64,000 nt of DNA, taken from Amoebidium appalachense (taxonomy: Eukaryota; Protista; Ichthyosporea). Location of the stretch: positions 8,867,794 to 8,931,793 of the forward strand of contig CAVNZM010000010.1 of the NCBI GenBank assembly GCA_963693365.1, read 5' to 3'. The notes under the pieces are model-generated. The model was not told where the DNA came from and searched no databases. It saw only the letters and a program-made list of their open reading frames with translations. A program made the position numbers and the translations under genes. Shown one piece after another: positions 1-14,568 of this stretch. Numbering within the stretch: the stretch's first letter is position 1; each line of letters begins with the position of its first letter.

Positions 1-714
1 GCACCCACACTACTTCTCATGTGTAACTTGCAGGACCCCCCCCCCCCCCCCCCCCCTGTCCGCACCATATCCGGCACCGGTGCCGTGTAAAGCACACCCA
101 TACAGACGCACAACTTGTGACCACAGACACATATGCCAGCAAAACACGCACGCACAAACCCCCATCTCCCATACACTGGAGACACACAGCCACACACACA
201 CACACGTACACACACACATGCACACCCGACACACACGCGTGACACACACACGTGTTACTGTACACACACACACACACACACATACACACAAACAACACAC
301 ACACACACACGCACACACACTGCATATACAATACACACATTCACACACACACACACGCTCAAGTTACTCAACTGGTTCCCTCCCTCCCCCCCTCCCTCCT
401 TTTTTTTTCACGCTTGCGGCTCCCCTAGGCCCATGGCCCCACACTAAATCTTATATATATAATAATCCAAGGCTCACCTTTAATAATGTACCAATTTAGC
501 CACAAAGCCACTGGTCTTGATAATAGTTATGCCATTTTTGCAATGTATTTTGAGTCACTGTGTTTATAATGTTAATTAACTCCCTTTTATCGATCATTTT
601 TCTCCTGCCTCTCTCCCCCTCAGCCTCTCCCGCCCCCTCCCCCCTTCCCCCCCTCGGCCCCTGCAACCCCCCGGCTCTCTCTCTCTCTCTCCCCCCCCCC
701 AACCCCCCGAGCCT

Positions 715-756
<42 letters not shown>

Positions 757-1358
757 CCCCCCGCCCAGCCACTCTTGCACCCGAAGGGCCCACTGCAAAT
801 GCAAGCATCCAGCCCCTGCCCCCCCCTTCCCCCCCCCCCCCCCCCCCCCCCCCCCCCGCTTCCCCTCTCCCTTCCCCCCCCCCCCCCCCCCCCACCACCA
901 CCACCACCACCACCACCACCCCCCCCCTCCCCCCCCCCCCCCCCCCCCCCCCCACCCTCCTCCTTCGAGATCCCCTTTCATACATGCCTCCCCCCTTCTC
1001 CCCAAAGAGAAAAAAAATGTGGAGGGGGAAAAAACACCCGGTCCACGTACACGTCCTCCACGGTCCTCTTCGCAATTCACTCCTCTTACCCAGGCAGTCA
1101 TCCCACCCCCCACACAATGCCCAGGACACTGGACCCGCCGATGAATTTCGCAACTTTCGCTGTGCGCTTCGGTACACAGAAGCGTACAGCTTGACACAGC
1201 TGACCCATTTGTGTATCATTATAATTGCCAGTGGCGGCTCTATGGGTGTACGGTGAGGTTTTTTTCCCACTCTTCTGGGAATTAACGGATCCGTTAAGGA
1301 GAAGGAGGAGGAGAAGGAGGGAGGGAGGGGGGGGGGGGGGGGGAGGGGAGGGGACGGA

Positions 1359-1396
<38 letters not shown>

Positions 1397-1960
1397 GGGG
1401 GGGAAGATTTCTGCTCATATACGAGGACCGGGGCCAAGAACCGGCAAGGCCTTCTTCTACTCGTGCACGTGTTTGTCCCAGACCTGAATCTAGGCCAGAT
1501 CAGGCCAGATCTATGGTAATCTGTTCTAGCCAATCACACACTAGGGTCGAATCTTGATGCAGATCGGCCCAGATCCGCCGCTCTCAGCACCAATCGATGA
1601 TAACTTTTTATAGTTTCCAAATCACCCCTGACAGTTAGTACTGCAGAAATCCTACGCCGCGCCAGGTCGAGTGGACTATAATCGTATAAATACGGGCGGT
1701 CATCTCCTAGCAGTGAAATTTCTGCATCGTGCGCAATATTGCTGTAGTGGACTTGACAGAACTTCTTGGGAACGCGGGAATCTCAGATGCTTTTCGGCTA
1801 CCAATCAGATAATGGCAGCCAGATCCAGCTCCACCAATCACAATCGCAGGCGCACTGCGCACCCAACTATATAAACAGGCCGAGCTGCACACATTTTTCA
1901 GTTGCATTTCAGTTCTGTGCATAATCCGCTCATACCCCCTGACACCAAACACACCCCACC

Positions 1961-3284
1961 ATGCACAGATCAATGTTTTTTGCCTCTGTTATTGTAGCCG
2001 GGGCCTCGCTGGCCGCCGGCCTACCCACCACTGCCATGGTGTGCCCGTACACGGACAGCGCCTGCACCAACAAGCCGCCCTTCGAGGCGGCATGCCGGCC
2101 TGGTGTCTTTGGGGCATGTGCGGCCAACCCCAGTTCGTTTGTAAGTTGGTACTCACGTATCGACTTTGACGGCAAAAAAATCACATTTAAGCGCTACAAA
2201 GACTCGGAGTGCAAGATCGAGGATGTGGCGTGGGCTCGCGAGACTAATGTTGGGGGCTGCCTGGGTCCGGTCGACAAAGTCTTCATGATCAAAGCATACC
2301 TGATGATCACCCCGGACCCGGAGCCCACCACCACCACCACCACCACCACTACCACCAAGCCCACTACCACCACCACCACCACCACCACCACCACCACTAC
2401 CACCAAGCCCACTACCACCACCACCACCACCACCACCACCACCACTACCACCAAGCCCACTACCACCACCATCACAACCACCACCAAACCAACCACTACC
2501 ACCACCACCACCACCACCACGCCCACTACAACCACCACCACCACCACCACCACCACCACCAAACCAACCACCACCACCACCACCACCACTACCACCAAGC
2601 CCACTACCACCACCACCACAACCACCACCAAACCAACCACCACCACCACCACCACCACCGAACCAACCACCACCATCGCTACCACCACGTCCACGAAACT
2701 ATCCACTGCCACCACCACCACAGCGGAGGCTTCAACTGCAATGAGCACCACCACCGCCACTACAACCAATCCCGACACGACCACCACCACAACAGCAGCG
2801 GCCACCACCACCAATGACGTGCCAACCACTGCCACGATTGCACCCACCGCCATCCCTACGGGGACCATTCTCATGTGCCCATATATGGACAGCACGTGCA
2901 GCACCCCCCCACCCATCATGGGGGAGTGTCAGGAGCTGCCCCTCGATACCTGCAACAAGTCACCCACTCCCCTTGTCAGCTGGTCGGCCATCTTCACACT
3001 AGTGGACGGCAAGGTTTCCTTCCGCCGCTTCAGTGATGCCGCATGTACCCTCGAGGAAACCGAGTGGGCCACCACAGCCCCTGCAGGTCCATGCCCCCCC
3101 CTCCCCCCCCCCCCCCTCCTCCCCTCCCCCCCCCCCCCCCCTCCCCCCTCCCCCCCCCCCCCCCCCCCGCCTCACACCCCTGGGGGATCCCCGCGCCGAA
3201 GCAGCAACTCATGTCCCCTCCCTCCTTAGCCCCCCCTCACCTCCCCCCCCCCCCCCCTCCTCCCCCCTCTCCCCCCTCCCCCCC

Positions 3285-3318
<34 letters not shown>

Positions 3319-3975
3319 CACACACCCCAACCCCCCGTATGTACCATTTACCACTGGTATCAAACTCATGCCCATCCGATGCTCCCTCTCCTCCTCCCGG
3401 CCCTGCGTGCCATCTGAAATTTGTGTACGTGGCGTCACACGGGTAGTCTATCACTAAGTGAAAGGGCTTTGAGATGATGAAGTGATGTGTGCCCCACTCA
3501 CAGCGGCCTTTTCATTATTATGCATGCAGGCTATCTGACTAACCCACTCTATGATATATATTGTGCAGGCGAATGCATGGGCCCCATCGAGAGGGTTGCT
3601 GATGTGATCGAAGTCTTCATCAAGGCCATCCCAAAGGGCAGCGCAAACACAACAACAACAGCCACCCCCACAACCATCCCAACCACCACCACTACTCCTA
3701 CCACCACCACGCCTATTCTCACCACCATCACGCCTATTCCTACTACCGCCACCACCACCCAGGCCACCACACCTCTTCCCCCCACCAGCACCACGCAGAC
3801 ATTCACCCCCGAGCTCACAGCCACCTACACCGATGATGTGCCTGCAGCCACCACCACTACCGAGGCCACCAGCCAGAATGAACCAAACAAGAGAGAGAAT
3901 GAGAATTTTGCTGCAGTGCATGGGCCAGCAACATGGCTTCTGGTTGCTGCTGCCGGGCTGGCCCTGGTGGTCTAG
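1961..3975 (+). CDS. Secreted, probably GPI-anchored mucin-like surface protein with two copies of a Cys-rich domain (2 exons: 1961-3086, 3569-3975)
   Basis: N-terminal signal peptide (MFFASVIVAGASLAAG). Two related domains (MVCPYTDSAC..VSW..F.R..D..C..E...WA and LMCPYMDSTC..VSW..FRR.SDAAC..E..WA) are separated by Thr-rich stalks. The GT-AG intron 3087-3568 joins TTAPA-G to ECMGPIERV, matching GGCLGPVDKV in domain 1. Hydrophobic C-terminus (ATWLLVAAAGLALVV). Confidence 0.85.
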
Positions 3976-4497
3976 ATTGGCATATTCGGGCAAAATATAT
4001 TCGAAGGAGTGTATGTGTGGGCGGTCTAGGTGATGATACTTATAATTATCAATTTGGGGCATGTCTCGGGCGAGTTCCTGTATGACTTATTTTAACTACG
4101 GTACTCAGTTCAACGGTTACAGTCGTATGCATAGAGATGGGACGGTCTGGATCTGGAGCAAAGTAACAAAGCCTTGCCGAGGGCTAAGCCTTGCAAGGGA
4201 CCGCAAGGTCGGCTCTTGAATAGGCTATCTTTAACGTAATATCTAATGCTTAAAGGAGCCATCGTGCAAATGAGCATGCAACATAATAAAATGAAAGCCA
4301 TATGCCAGGTTGAGGCAGATAGGCTTTTTCCCGCATGAGTGTTTATTATGATACATCACGCCGTCACATCCACATGGTCGGCCTGGCACAGTTAACATCA
4401 TCCGCCTTGCTATTTCCTTGCCCATTTTAAAATTTCATTTCGGCCCCACACACAACATTATGTGTCCCCGTAGTAGTAACCCCTAACCCTCTTCCAA

Positions 4498-4552
<55 letters not shown>

Positions 4553-4787
4553 AAAAAAAAAAAAGAAAAAGGAATAAATAAAAAAAAATGAAACAAAAAT
4601 AAATGGAAAATAGAAAACAAGGGGGCCGGGAAGGCGAAAGGGGTTGGGGTGGGGTCGGGTGAGTTGGGGGGCGGGGGTGCTTGTGCGTGCGCGCACATGT
4701 ATGGACAGTGTTGTTGGTTTAGCATGCCATTGGCATGTTTTCCTTTTGTGTGTGTGTGTGTGCGCGCGTCCGTGCATGAGCTGTGTG

Positions 4788-4882
<95 letters not shown>

Positions 4883-5069
4883 TGTGTTTGTGTTTGTGTT
4901 TGTGTCTGATCCTGCGTTGTGTGTGCGGGTGTATGCGTGTATGTGTGTGCGCGTCCGTGTGTGTGTGTGTGTGTATGTGTGTGTGTTTGTGTTTGTGTCT
5001 GATCCTGCGTTGTGTGTGCGGGTGTATGTGTGTATGTGTGTGCGCGTCCGCGCGTGTGTGTATGTATGG

Positions 5070-5137
<68 letters not shown>

Positions 5138-6761
5138 ATGTGTTTGTGTGAGTGCATGTGTTTGTGTGTGTGGTGTGTGCTGTGTGTGTGTGTGTGTGTT
5201 TCACGGCCGTGGTGTGTGTGTATTGTGGGAGGGGGGGGGGGGGGGGGGGGGGTTGCAACGGTGTGTATGTAACACGGTGTCAGTGTGCCACAGCGCGTTG
5301 TGTGCGTGCGATTTGCCCTGGCAACACAGGACGATCAGGGTATTCTAAACTGTGTCAGCGCTTGACCGTGCACGTGCGCACATGCACTTCTTGCCTGGGC
5401 GCCGCAAATCACATTGCTGTGCCACGTGGATGTGGGGTGCGTGCTGTGACCTTTCTTCGTTTGAAGCTGTGTGCTGTTTAATACATGTGTGTGTCTATAC
5501 AGCTGGCCTCAAGTTGTCCCTGAAGCGGGCAGCTTTTTCTTTTTCCACTTGGTGGTGGATTTATGCACACAGGGTGAGGTAGCAGAATAATGATGAATAT
5601 ATCCAACGTGGAAGGGGCGGAGGTAGGGCATGGCCCATGGTGGGTGGGGTTGGGTGGGGGCCGTTTGGGGGGGGGGGGGGGGGGGGGGGGGGGAGGGGGG
5701 CTGGACGCGTTTCTAGAGCTCTAAGGTGGCGTGTTGATCACTTTCAATGAATTAATCATGAAGCGTTTCGGTGGTTCAGCGAGAGGGTGTTTGTGGCCGC
5801 AGGTGCTGGTACTGTGGTTGTGAGCCTTCGGATCGTATCTGAGTGTGAAAGTGTGTGTGCAGCCAGCATGTGCTACCATATAGGCTATGCACAATAACTT
5901 GGCACTCGCACTCGCATATTCAGCCCCAACAACAGGAATTTTTGATGCGGTGCCCGTTGTGGATGGCCACATGGGTTGATCAAGCACAAAAAAAAACCGG
6001 GCCTGGCGTGCACATCTCAGTAGTACTACATCATCATGCTGCACACGAGGCGCAAGGCAACATGTTCCGTGTATGCCTTCCACTTCCGTGCCGGGCGGGC
6101 CCACGGGGTGGGCTATAATGCCGCTGTGGTGCCGCGCGCACGCAGCGGCCGCAGAACACTTTGAGCCGGTGCGTGCATGCGCCATGGTGCTTGCCCAATT
6201 GACAGTCACGTGCCAGATTGAGAGCCGTCCGATTGGCTGCAACATGACCGCGAGTGCGTATCTGTCCAATAGGAAGGTTTCCAGTGAACTTCGGTGCGGC
6301 TTCACGGCCCATACAGCACGTAGACGGCAAGTTGGAGTAGTGCGAGGTTCAGCTGAGTAGAGGAACATATATATATGTGCCTAACCCAGCACATAGGGCG
6401 CACATAGGTAGGAACACACACGCTGCATAAGAAGAACATATATATATGTGCCTAGCCCAGCACATAGGGCGCACATAGGTAGGAACACACACGCTGCATA
6501 AGGAAACCCTCAAGAAAAAGCGAAACGCTCTAGAGCCCAAGTGCACATGCGACATCCATTCGCCTGGATCCATGGTGTAGCCGGATCCGGGCCCAAGATC
6601 CCAAGCATACTACGCATACACAACATACAGCACATCTGCAGTCACACTAGCGGGCAGGCACAGTCAGAAGTGTTCAGAAACCCCTAGCAGAGCGTCGTCA
6701 TGCCCCCCCTCTAGCGTGTGTGCGTGGCGTTGCCACTATTGGCTCGCCATCAGCAGCCAAG

Positions 6762-9286
6762 ATGAGCCCAAGCCCGGTGGCCTACGTGCCTGCCTGTGTG
6801 TTCTTTGCGCTTGGCGCTCTGTGCGTGCTGTTTGTAGGCCTTGCTAACGTGGGCCTGTGCGTGCGGCGGTCTGCGCTGCGGCGGCACGGGCTGGGGGTGC
6901 TGCTCGTGCTGCAGTTGGGCATAGTGGGCCTGCTGCCGGCCTGCCTGTACGTGGCAGTGGCCATGCTGCCTAACGGGGGCAATAGCCAGGTCCAGTGGGT
7001 AAGTGCTGGGTTGGTTTTTTCTTTCTCTTTTCCTTTCTTTCTTTCTTTTCTTTCTTTCTTTTTTTGTTTTTTGAAAAATAGGGGGAAGGGGGGGGAGGGG
7101 AGGGAGGGGGAGCAGGGCGGGATTCGCAGGTGTGTGTGCATGCCTGATGTGCGTACGCTTGGCGGGAAGGGGGGAGGGGGGGGGGGGGGGTGTTACTCAT
7201 GGCATTCGATTTGGAGTTCCCTGGTGCATGCACGTGAAACTCGTGCAGCAGAACCTAGCAATCAGGCTAGTGCCCGCTTTAGCCCCTCTTAGTAAAATCG
7301 TTGCAGATCCACCTACACCTTACCATCACGATGATGTGTGAGAGGCATGTGAGCGATTGCCAACATTGTCACAAAGATAGCACAGGGTAATCAACTAACG
7401 AACCCGTCGGATGTACACGACACATTCAGGCCCTAACACACCCCTCCTCCCCCCCCCCCTCCCCGCGCCCTCCCCCCCTCCCCCCGCCGCCCCCCCCCCT
7501 CTCTGCCTACACACACAGACGCATGCACTGCAAACGGCCAGCGCTGCCGGGCTGCCCCTTGTGTTTGTGCCCGTGTGTGTGCTGTATGGGCGGCTGGCCA
7601 TGGCCTACCACGGCCACCCCCGGCTGTGCCCCCCCGGCTGGGTGTCTGCACTGAGTGTGGACCTGGCCGCCTACGGCCTCAGGTGGATGGTGGCCGTGCT
7701 GGGCGCCACCCTGCTACCCCTCTATGCCCTGCTGCTGGCCCGTGAGGCACTGGTCCACAGCTGGCCTGACCCGAGTGTGTCTGTGGCTCGAATCCGTGTG
7801 GCCTACTATGCACTGCAGCTGCTGCTGTTGCTGGGCTTTGCCGTGCTGGTGGGTGCCAAGTGTGCACTGAGTGCTATATATAGAATGGACCTCGCTAAGA
7901 TTGGCAGGGAAAAGGGAGCTACATTTAGGGGAAGTAGCGGGAGGGGAGTGGGGGGAGGAGAAGGGGGGGGGGGGGGGGGGGGGGGAAGGCTGGTGGTGTT
8001 GGTGATTGCGGAGGGGTGGGATAGCTGTTATACCCCCCCCTTGGACCCCGCCTCCAACCCCCGCCCACTCCTACTTTTTTCTTTTCCTTTTTCCTTTTCT
8101 TTTTTTTTTTAAACTTGAAACTTGCATGCATTATATGGCAATATACTATTGGCCAACGTTTTGGTAATAGTCAGCTCCCCCCCTAGGTAAAAAAAAAAAA
8201 AGTGAGAAGAAGAAAAGAAAAGGCCTCGCCCATGGATGACTTCCCCCCCCACCTCCCCCCCTCCTCCCCCCCCCAAAATACACACACGCACACACATGTG
8301 CACACACCGGAGGATGGGCTTTTTGTTTTGAAGAGTTTTTATGTCGCCATCTACATGCAAAATCAAACCTCGATATCCACCATTCGTCCCCGTCCCCTCC
8401 CCCCCCCCCCCCCCCCCCCCCCCCTTCCTCCCCCTTCCCCCCTCCGCCTCCTCTCTCCCCCTATACTATGTGTGCTTTTTTCCCTGCATATTATTTCCAG
8501 CACTTTGCTGATTATTGTCTGAACTTATACACCTAAACATGTGGGCCATTCTACCCCCAGGTTGTTCTACTCTGGCGTGTGCGTGGGGCCCTCAGACCGC
8601 ATGACCTCGACCAGACCAGACAGCTTCTGGCCTACCTTATCACCTTCAGCACCCACTTTGCAATGCACGTGGTCTGTGCAACCACCATGCAGAGCCAACC
8701 GCCAGCCCTATGCACCCCGCCCTATCTGGCCATGGGGGTAGGGGTGTGCCTGGGCTTGTTGCTATTTTTAGCCATGGCCCTCTGGATAGCTAACTTCCGC
8801 ATTGTGGCCCGGCGGGCAGCCACGGCATCGCGCACACACTCATTTGGAGCACGTGCAAGTATAGGAGACACTGGGCACGAGGGGCTGAGAGAGCTCTCCA
8901 ACAGCACCCTGCTTGCACAGAGTCTGGACTTTGCAATCAAGACAGGTCTTAGCAGCTACACCCCAAGGTCCAGCCTGTCTGGGCGCACCCCCCGACCCTC
9001 CATCTCCCACCCTAACAATGGCCCACACGCATCCCACGGCACCATGGGCCACACGAGACAGCTGTCAGCTGAAAGTGCACGTAGGGTGGTCACCCCCACG
9101 GGCTCAATGCCACACCTGCACATGGGGGGAGGCACAGACACACACACGGGGGGGCCATGTGGAGACCTTGCATGCACACAGGCAGCATGCACGGCAACAT
9201 ACAGCCACGGGCAGGACCACCTAACAATAGAGGATGGACGGCTAGGTGGTAGCAGCGAGACACTGCCTGGTCATGCCATGCTCTAG
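6762..9286 (+). CDS. Multi-pass membrane protein, 7TM/GPCR-like (exons ~6762-6998, 7519-7848, 8561-9286)
   Basis: Three ORF segments join in frame through canonical GT-AG introns (TGG|gtaagt, cacag|ACG, CTG|gtgggt, cccag|GTT). About seven hydrophobic helices are followed by a Ser/Thr-rich cytoplasmic tail. Confidence 0.7.
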
Positions 9287-10019
9287 GGTGAAATTTAGTA
9301 ACATGTTTTCATTGGTGCAATATCATGGGTTTGTTTCGAGCACGCAGCTTCCATGGAGCACGTTTAGAGGACGAATGAACAAAGCATGCACAGTGTCACT
9401 GAGGCCTGGCTGTTTGACGCGGTTATGCAACCACACACGTAGATCCGGACTGCACAAATACGATGCCGCCAGGACTGAGGCACAGGCAGACATTTACATA
9501 CACGTGATTTGGATCTTGGCGAGAAAACACGGTTCTTTATTAGAAGTGCATGCATCTGCGAAATGCTGAATAATGTCTGATGCAGCTAGTTGTTTATGAT
9601 AAATTTTACAACACGTACTAGATTAGTTGGTGTGCAAGGCAACCAGATTAACCAGATGGCCTAGGCCCCAGAGCGCACACCATAATTGCTGGTGGTAGGG
9701 ATGTGGCCAGTTAACGGTTTATGATTGTGTGAAAGGAGGGAATATGAAGATGCACGAAGGACCAGTTGATTGTGTTTTGTATCTGATGGGCCTGCATGTA
9801 CGTGGTATGCATCCCAGTGGCAAAAAGACGAAGTAAAAGGGTGTGCATGGCGCAACTGGCCGTTGTAGCTTTTGATTGGATCCGAATCACGTGCATTCCA
9901 CAGTGTGGGGGTTGGTGCTGAGTGCAAGCACACTGCAATTTAGGCCATGCATGCGGGTGGGGAACAATATGTGCAGCGAGACGAGGACGGCTCAGGTGGT
10001 GTTGGTCACTGTGGGATGT

Positions 10020-10050
<31 letters not shown>

Positions 10051-11379
10051 GGGGGGGACGTTGGAATCGGATTTTTTTTCATAGCGCCATATGTTTTGGG
10101 TGCAGGGGTGGGGAAAGGTTGGGGGAGGGCGGGGCGGGGGGGGGGGGGGGGGGGGGGGGGGGGAGCCTCGGGGGGAGTGGGTACCGGTCCGACTGTCCGA
10201 CTCCCCATGTGCCCACCGGCTCAGATCATTGGCATGCACACACACAGTCATGCACATATGTAGCCGGTGTACCGGCAAACCTTGGCAATGGCCGACATAT
10301 GCTTGCCACCGTACCGTGTCCCCATGCGCGTACGGGCTGCAAGAACATGCACACTATGTAGTACTGGTGCATGCACCACACACACCATAGGCTGTGTCTG
10401 CCTCTGTGCAGACTGACTGTATTGTACTGCTGCCATAATCAGAAATAGGCATGGCTGCACCAGGTAGGCTACACCACATAAAAAAAAATGTGAGAACGTC
10501 ATTCGTATGGTTCAAGGCAGAGCTACCGAATATGTACAAAAGCAACACCCTAAAGCTAGATAGTATATATACATGTTGACTTATTATACACCGTGCCACG
10601 GTCTGGTATGGCACAGAATGCAAAAGGGAACGTAGATGGTCAGATGCCCAGGGTGGGTTCCGCTGACTCTGAGGCCGTCACTGTGTCTGCCCGTGTGCAC
10701 GTGTCAGTATCCAGCACACGTTCATGGACGGCCAATCAACATTGTGATCACATCTAATAGCCAGTCTGTGCATATGCAGACACTAGCAGAAGCCGTTGTG
10801 TCTACTATGATTGGTAGCTTACATGGGCCATCTGTGTCATAATGGCTGGGTTGGGCATGGGTAAAGGTGGAAGTCCGTGGGAATGGAAAGGATGTTCATC
10901 AATGGGTAGTTGGTGTGATGCCTATGCCGTGGTGACCGACATTGATTTGGGGGGGAAGGGGGGAGGGGGTGGGGGGAGGGGGGCAGGCGGGAGGAGATGG
11001 AGAAAAGGGGGGGGTGGGGGGAGAGAGAGAGAGAGAGAGAGGAGAAGAGCCTCGGGGCAGGGGGGAGGGGGGGCGGCTGGAGGGAGGGGGGGGGGAGGGG
11101 GGAGGGGGAGGGGGCAGGGGGCCAGGGGGGGGGGGGAGATGGGAGGAAGGGGGGGGTTAGGCCGAGGACATTTTCTGATGCCCAGGGTGAGAGGGGGGGA
11201 GGGGGGGAGGGGGAGGGGGAAGGAGGGGAGCTCAGGGGGGAGGATGAGAGGGTGGTTGTGGGGAAGATTGGGGCAACAGTGAACAGGTGGATGGGGGTGT
11301 TGTGTATGTGTGGGTGGGTGGGTGGAGGGGGAGGAGGGCGGGAGGGGGGGTAAAGATCAGGGGAGTGTACTTGTAATGA

Positions 11380-12366
11380 TCAGGCTGCTGCGCGTTGGTG
11401 GTGCTGACAGTGCGAGAAAGGAAGAAAAGGGGATTTGGGGGGGGGGAAGGGGGGGGGGGAAGGGGGGTTAGGGTTCAAAGGGGGGGGGGGGGGGGGGGGG
11501 TATCTACGTGCAGTTGCAGGGTTCTTATAGCGGCCAGCAGCTTGTGCCTGACCCCAAAGCTGACCACCCCCATGGCCTGCAGCTGGGTGTGGTCCAGGCC
11601 GGCCAGATGGGAACCAGACACACCGTGCGCACGCAACGTAGGTGCTGCACTGTGCACTATGCTGTCCTCCAGCCCTACAACCCACCTGCACCACACTCTC
11701 AGCATCCCCCCCCCCCCCCCCGTCCCATTCCCCCACTCCCCCCCTTCTCCTTCACGGCTACCAGCAACTCAACAGCATGCCCTCGAAGGGCGCATAAAAC
11801 CATGATAAGAAAGAGGGAGGGGCATAGGGCGACAAACAGGGGCTAGTGGGCAGGCCAACACAATAGGTCAGTGACTCTGAGGGGGGTGTACAACATAGGC
11901 CGCGGAGGATGTGGGGGGCAGGGGAGAGGGAGGGAACGCACCACTCCACGTCATCCACAGACCACGTGTGTGGGTGTGCCGAGGGCATATGCCTGCTGGC
12001 AGGCAGGGGGGTTGGGCTTGCAGCTGTGCCAGGGGCATGGGCAGGCCCAGCGTAGTGTGCGCACAAGCGCACATGTGGGCACGGGGCCAAGGGCTGTGCG
12101 GGCTGATGTGGGCACGGGGCCAAGGGCTGTGTGGGCTGATATGGGCACGGGGCGAAGGGCTGTGTGGGCTGGGGGGCTGGGCTAAGGGTTTTGGTGCACA
12201 GCTCCAAGAAGGCCTCCTGCAGTATGCAGTGAAGGTGAGTGCTCATGCCTCCTAGCTCCAGTTGCCCCCCCCCCCTCCAGTTGCCCCCCCCCCCCCCCCC
12301 CCCCCCCCCGACAAACACACACACACACCTGCCCCTCCCATCCCCCCCTGCCCCCCCCCAACCCCC

Positions 12367-12397
<31 letters not shown>

Positions 12398-14066
12398 AAA
12401 AAAAAAAAAAAAAAGGGTCCAGGCTTTTAATGAACAAAAAATGGTGGACATAGGGCTTTTCGTGCATGACTGTTCGCTTTCATGGGTGGCTTGCGCATGT
12501 GCACAGCACTTATCATTGGAGACCGTGTGCATTGTTGTGTGCTACAAGTGTAAAAGCTGTCTGGTGGTGGTTGTATCAAAATATATGTGCCACGGGCGTC
12601 TGATTATACTTGTATAGTTGTGTAGATATGTAGGTGTGTTTTTGTTTGGGTTGCAACGACCCCCCCCCCACCCCCCCCCCCCCCCCTTCCCCCCCCCCCC
12701 CCCCCCCCCCCCCCCCCGAGTCACTGAGGTGCAATGGTGGTGGTGATTGATGTGTGTGTGTGTGAGTGTGTGTGTGTGTGATGCTGGTTGTGATGAATGG
12801 GTTAGCCAGCCCCCCTCTCCCCCCCTCCCTCTCTTGCGACTCCCCGTCTCCCATCCTTTTAAAGGGTTGATCCAACCCCCCACCCCCCCCCCCACACCCA
12901 TCATTTCAACGGTTCCCCTCCCCCCCCTTTTTTCTTTACTGGAGAGAGGAGGGGGGGGGGGGAGGGGGGGGGGAGAGAGAGAGAGAGAGGGAGGGGGGGG
13001 GAGGGGGGAGAGGTCAGAATGTGTTACAAAGTAAATTTATGATGGACAACATAATACCAACTTCACGAAAAATACACAAAAATAATTGGCCCAAGGGTGG
13101 GGGGGGGGGGGAGGCCCGGGAGATGGTGGTGTGGTGGTGGGGAAGGGGCGTGGAAGGGATGCATGCGACGGGCTCAGTAGGTAGGCGCCAGAACAGGTCT
13201 ATTTCGGGTACCCTGTTGCCTCCCTCAGGCTGCTGCCCTGTGGCCTGCAGCAGGTCCTCACAGTCTCTGATTGCTGCCACGTGGTCCTCCTCCACAGTGC
13301 ACGTGCTGGCCCCCAGGCTGCACTGGTCACTGCCCACACTCATTGCTGCAGACCCCCTGCGCACACGTGCGCTTGATGTGTGTGTGTCTGTTGTTGCATC
13401 AAGTAGCTCCTGGCGCAGCCGATCCCAGTAGCGAGATACCTTCTCGGCCTCAGCATCCGAGTGCATGAAGGTGCACATGCGATCCATGTTGCACACGGCA
13501 CTGCGGCCCACATAGGCACACAGCATGGTCTTGTAGCGCTGGGGGGTCAGCGCCACGGCTATGGCACTGCTGCTTGCTGCTAGGCCCTTCCACTGCCCGC
13601 TACTGTTCAGCTGTGCGCCATCACGCACATCACTCTCGTCGTGGTACAGCTCACACCTGCACCATACATATGTTAGCGCACCATATCTAATGAACCTCGT
13701 TCCACAGACCCTGTAAACAGCAGATTGAAAAATATACAGCACCACTTGCGCCAGAACCACATAAAAACACCAGGTTGGGATGGGATTAGCCTTACGCAAG
13801 CCCCCCTCTCACCCTCCCCCTTCGCCATGCCAAAAGCCCCTTTGCCCTGCCAAAGGGCAAGGGAGGGGAGGGAGGGGGGGGGGGGGGGGGGGGCCGAAAG
13901 GCAAGGGGGGGAGGGGGGGGAAGGGGGGGGAAGGGGGGAGGAGGAGGAGGGGGGTGGGGGGGGTGGCTTAAGAAGTGCAGGTTTGTGCATTGCCTGGCCC
14001 CACACACGAAGTTCTTCATTGCATGCACCCTCCAACCATTGGTTTATCGAACAGCAAACATTTTTT

Positions 14067-14097
<31 letters not shown>

Positions 14098-14535
14098 GGG
14101 GCAATGAATGCTTTTTATTTACAATAAAGGCGGCACAGCACTGTCAAACAAAAGAGGCGAGTGTTGAAGGAATCATACACGACGACAACCAAAACATAAA
14201 GTGAACTCATAAACCAATATCAGCAAGATTACAAGGCCACAGAAAAGAGGATAGAATATGGTGCGCACACAGACCCACCTGTCCCGCTTGTGCTTGGGGT
14301 CTGTGCAGGTGCACTTTCCATTTTCCCTCACCTTGAAGTCCACCATCAGGTGCTTGAACATCAGGTCTGCCGTGAGCACACAGTGAGTATATATATTCTT
14401 GCACAAATCAAGCAACTGCAGTGCAAGTGAGAGTATATGCGCCTTTCTTTAAGAAGATGGGTGGCCAGATGTATGTGCATGCATGTGGACGATATGTCCA
14501 AGTGCGCTTTTCGGGGGGTGGGCCTGAGAATGTGC

Positions 14536-14568
<33 letters not shown>

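Noticed and set aside
1-1420. Long ORFs of poly-Pro/Gly, HT or VC repeats here and throughout the host region
   Set aside because: They are translations of poly-C/G and (CA)n/(GT)n tracts that lack stops; no coding signal.
5721-6500. 215-aa ORF and a ~70-bp direct duplication (6364-6501)
   Set aside because: No recognisable domain or splice pattern; the duplication is a simple local tandem copy.
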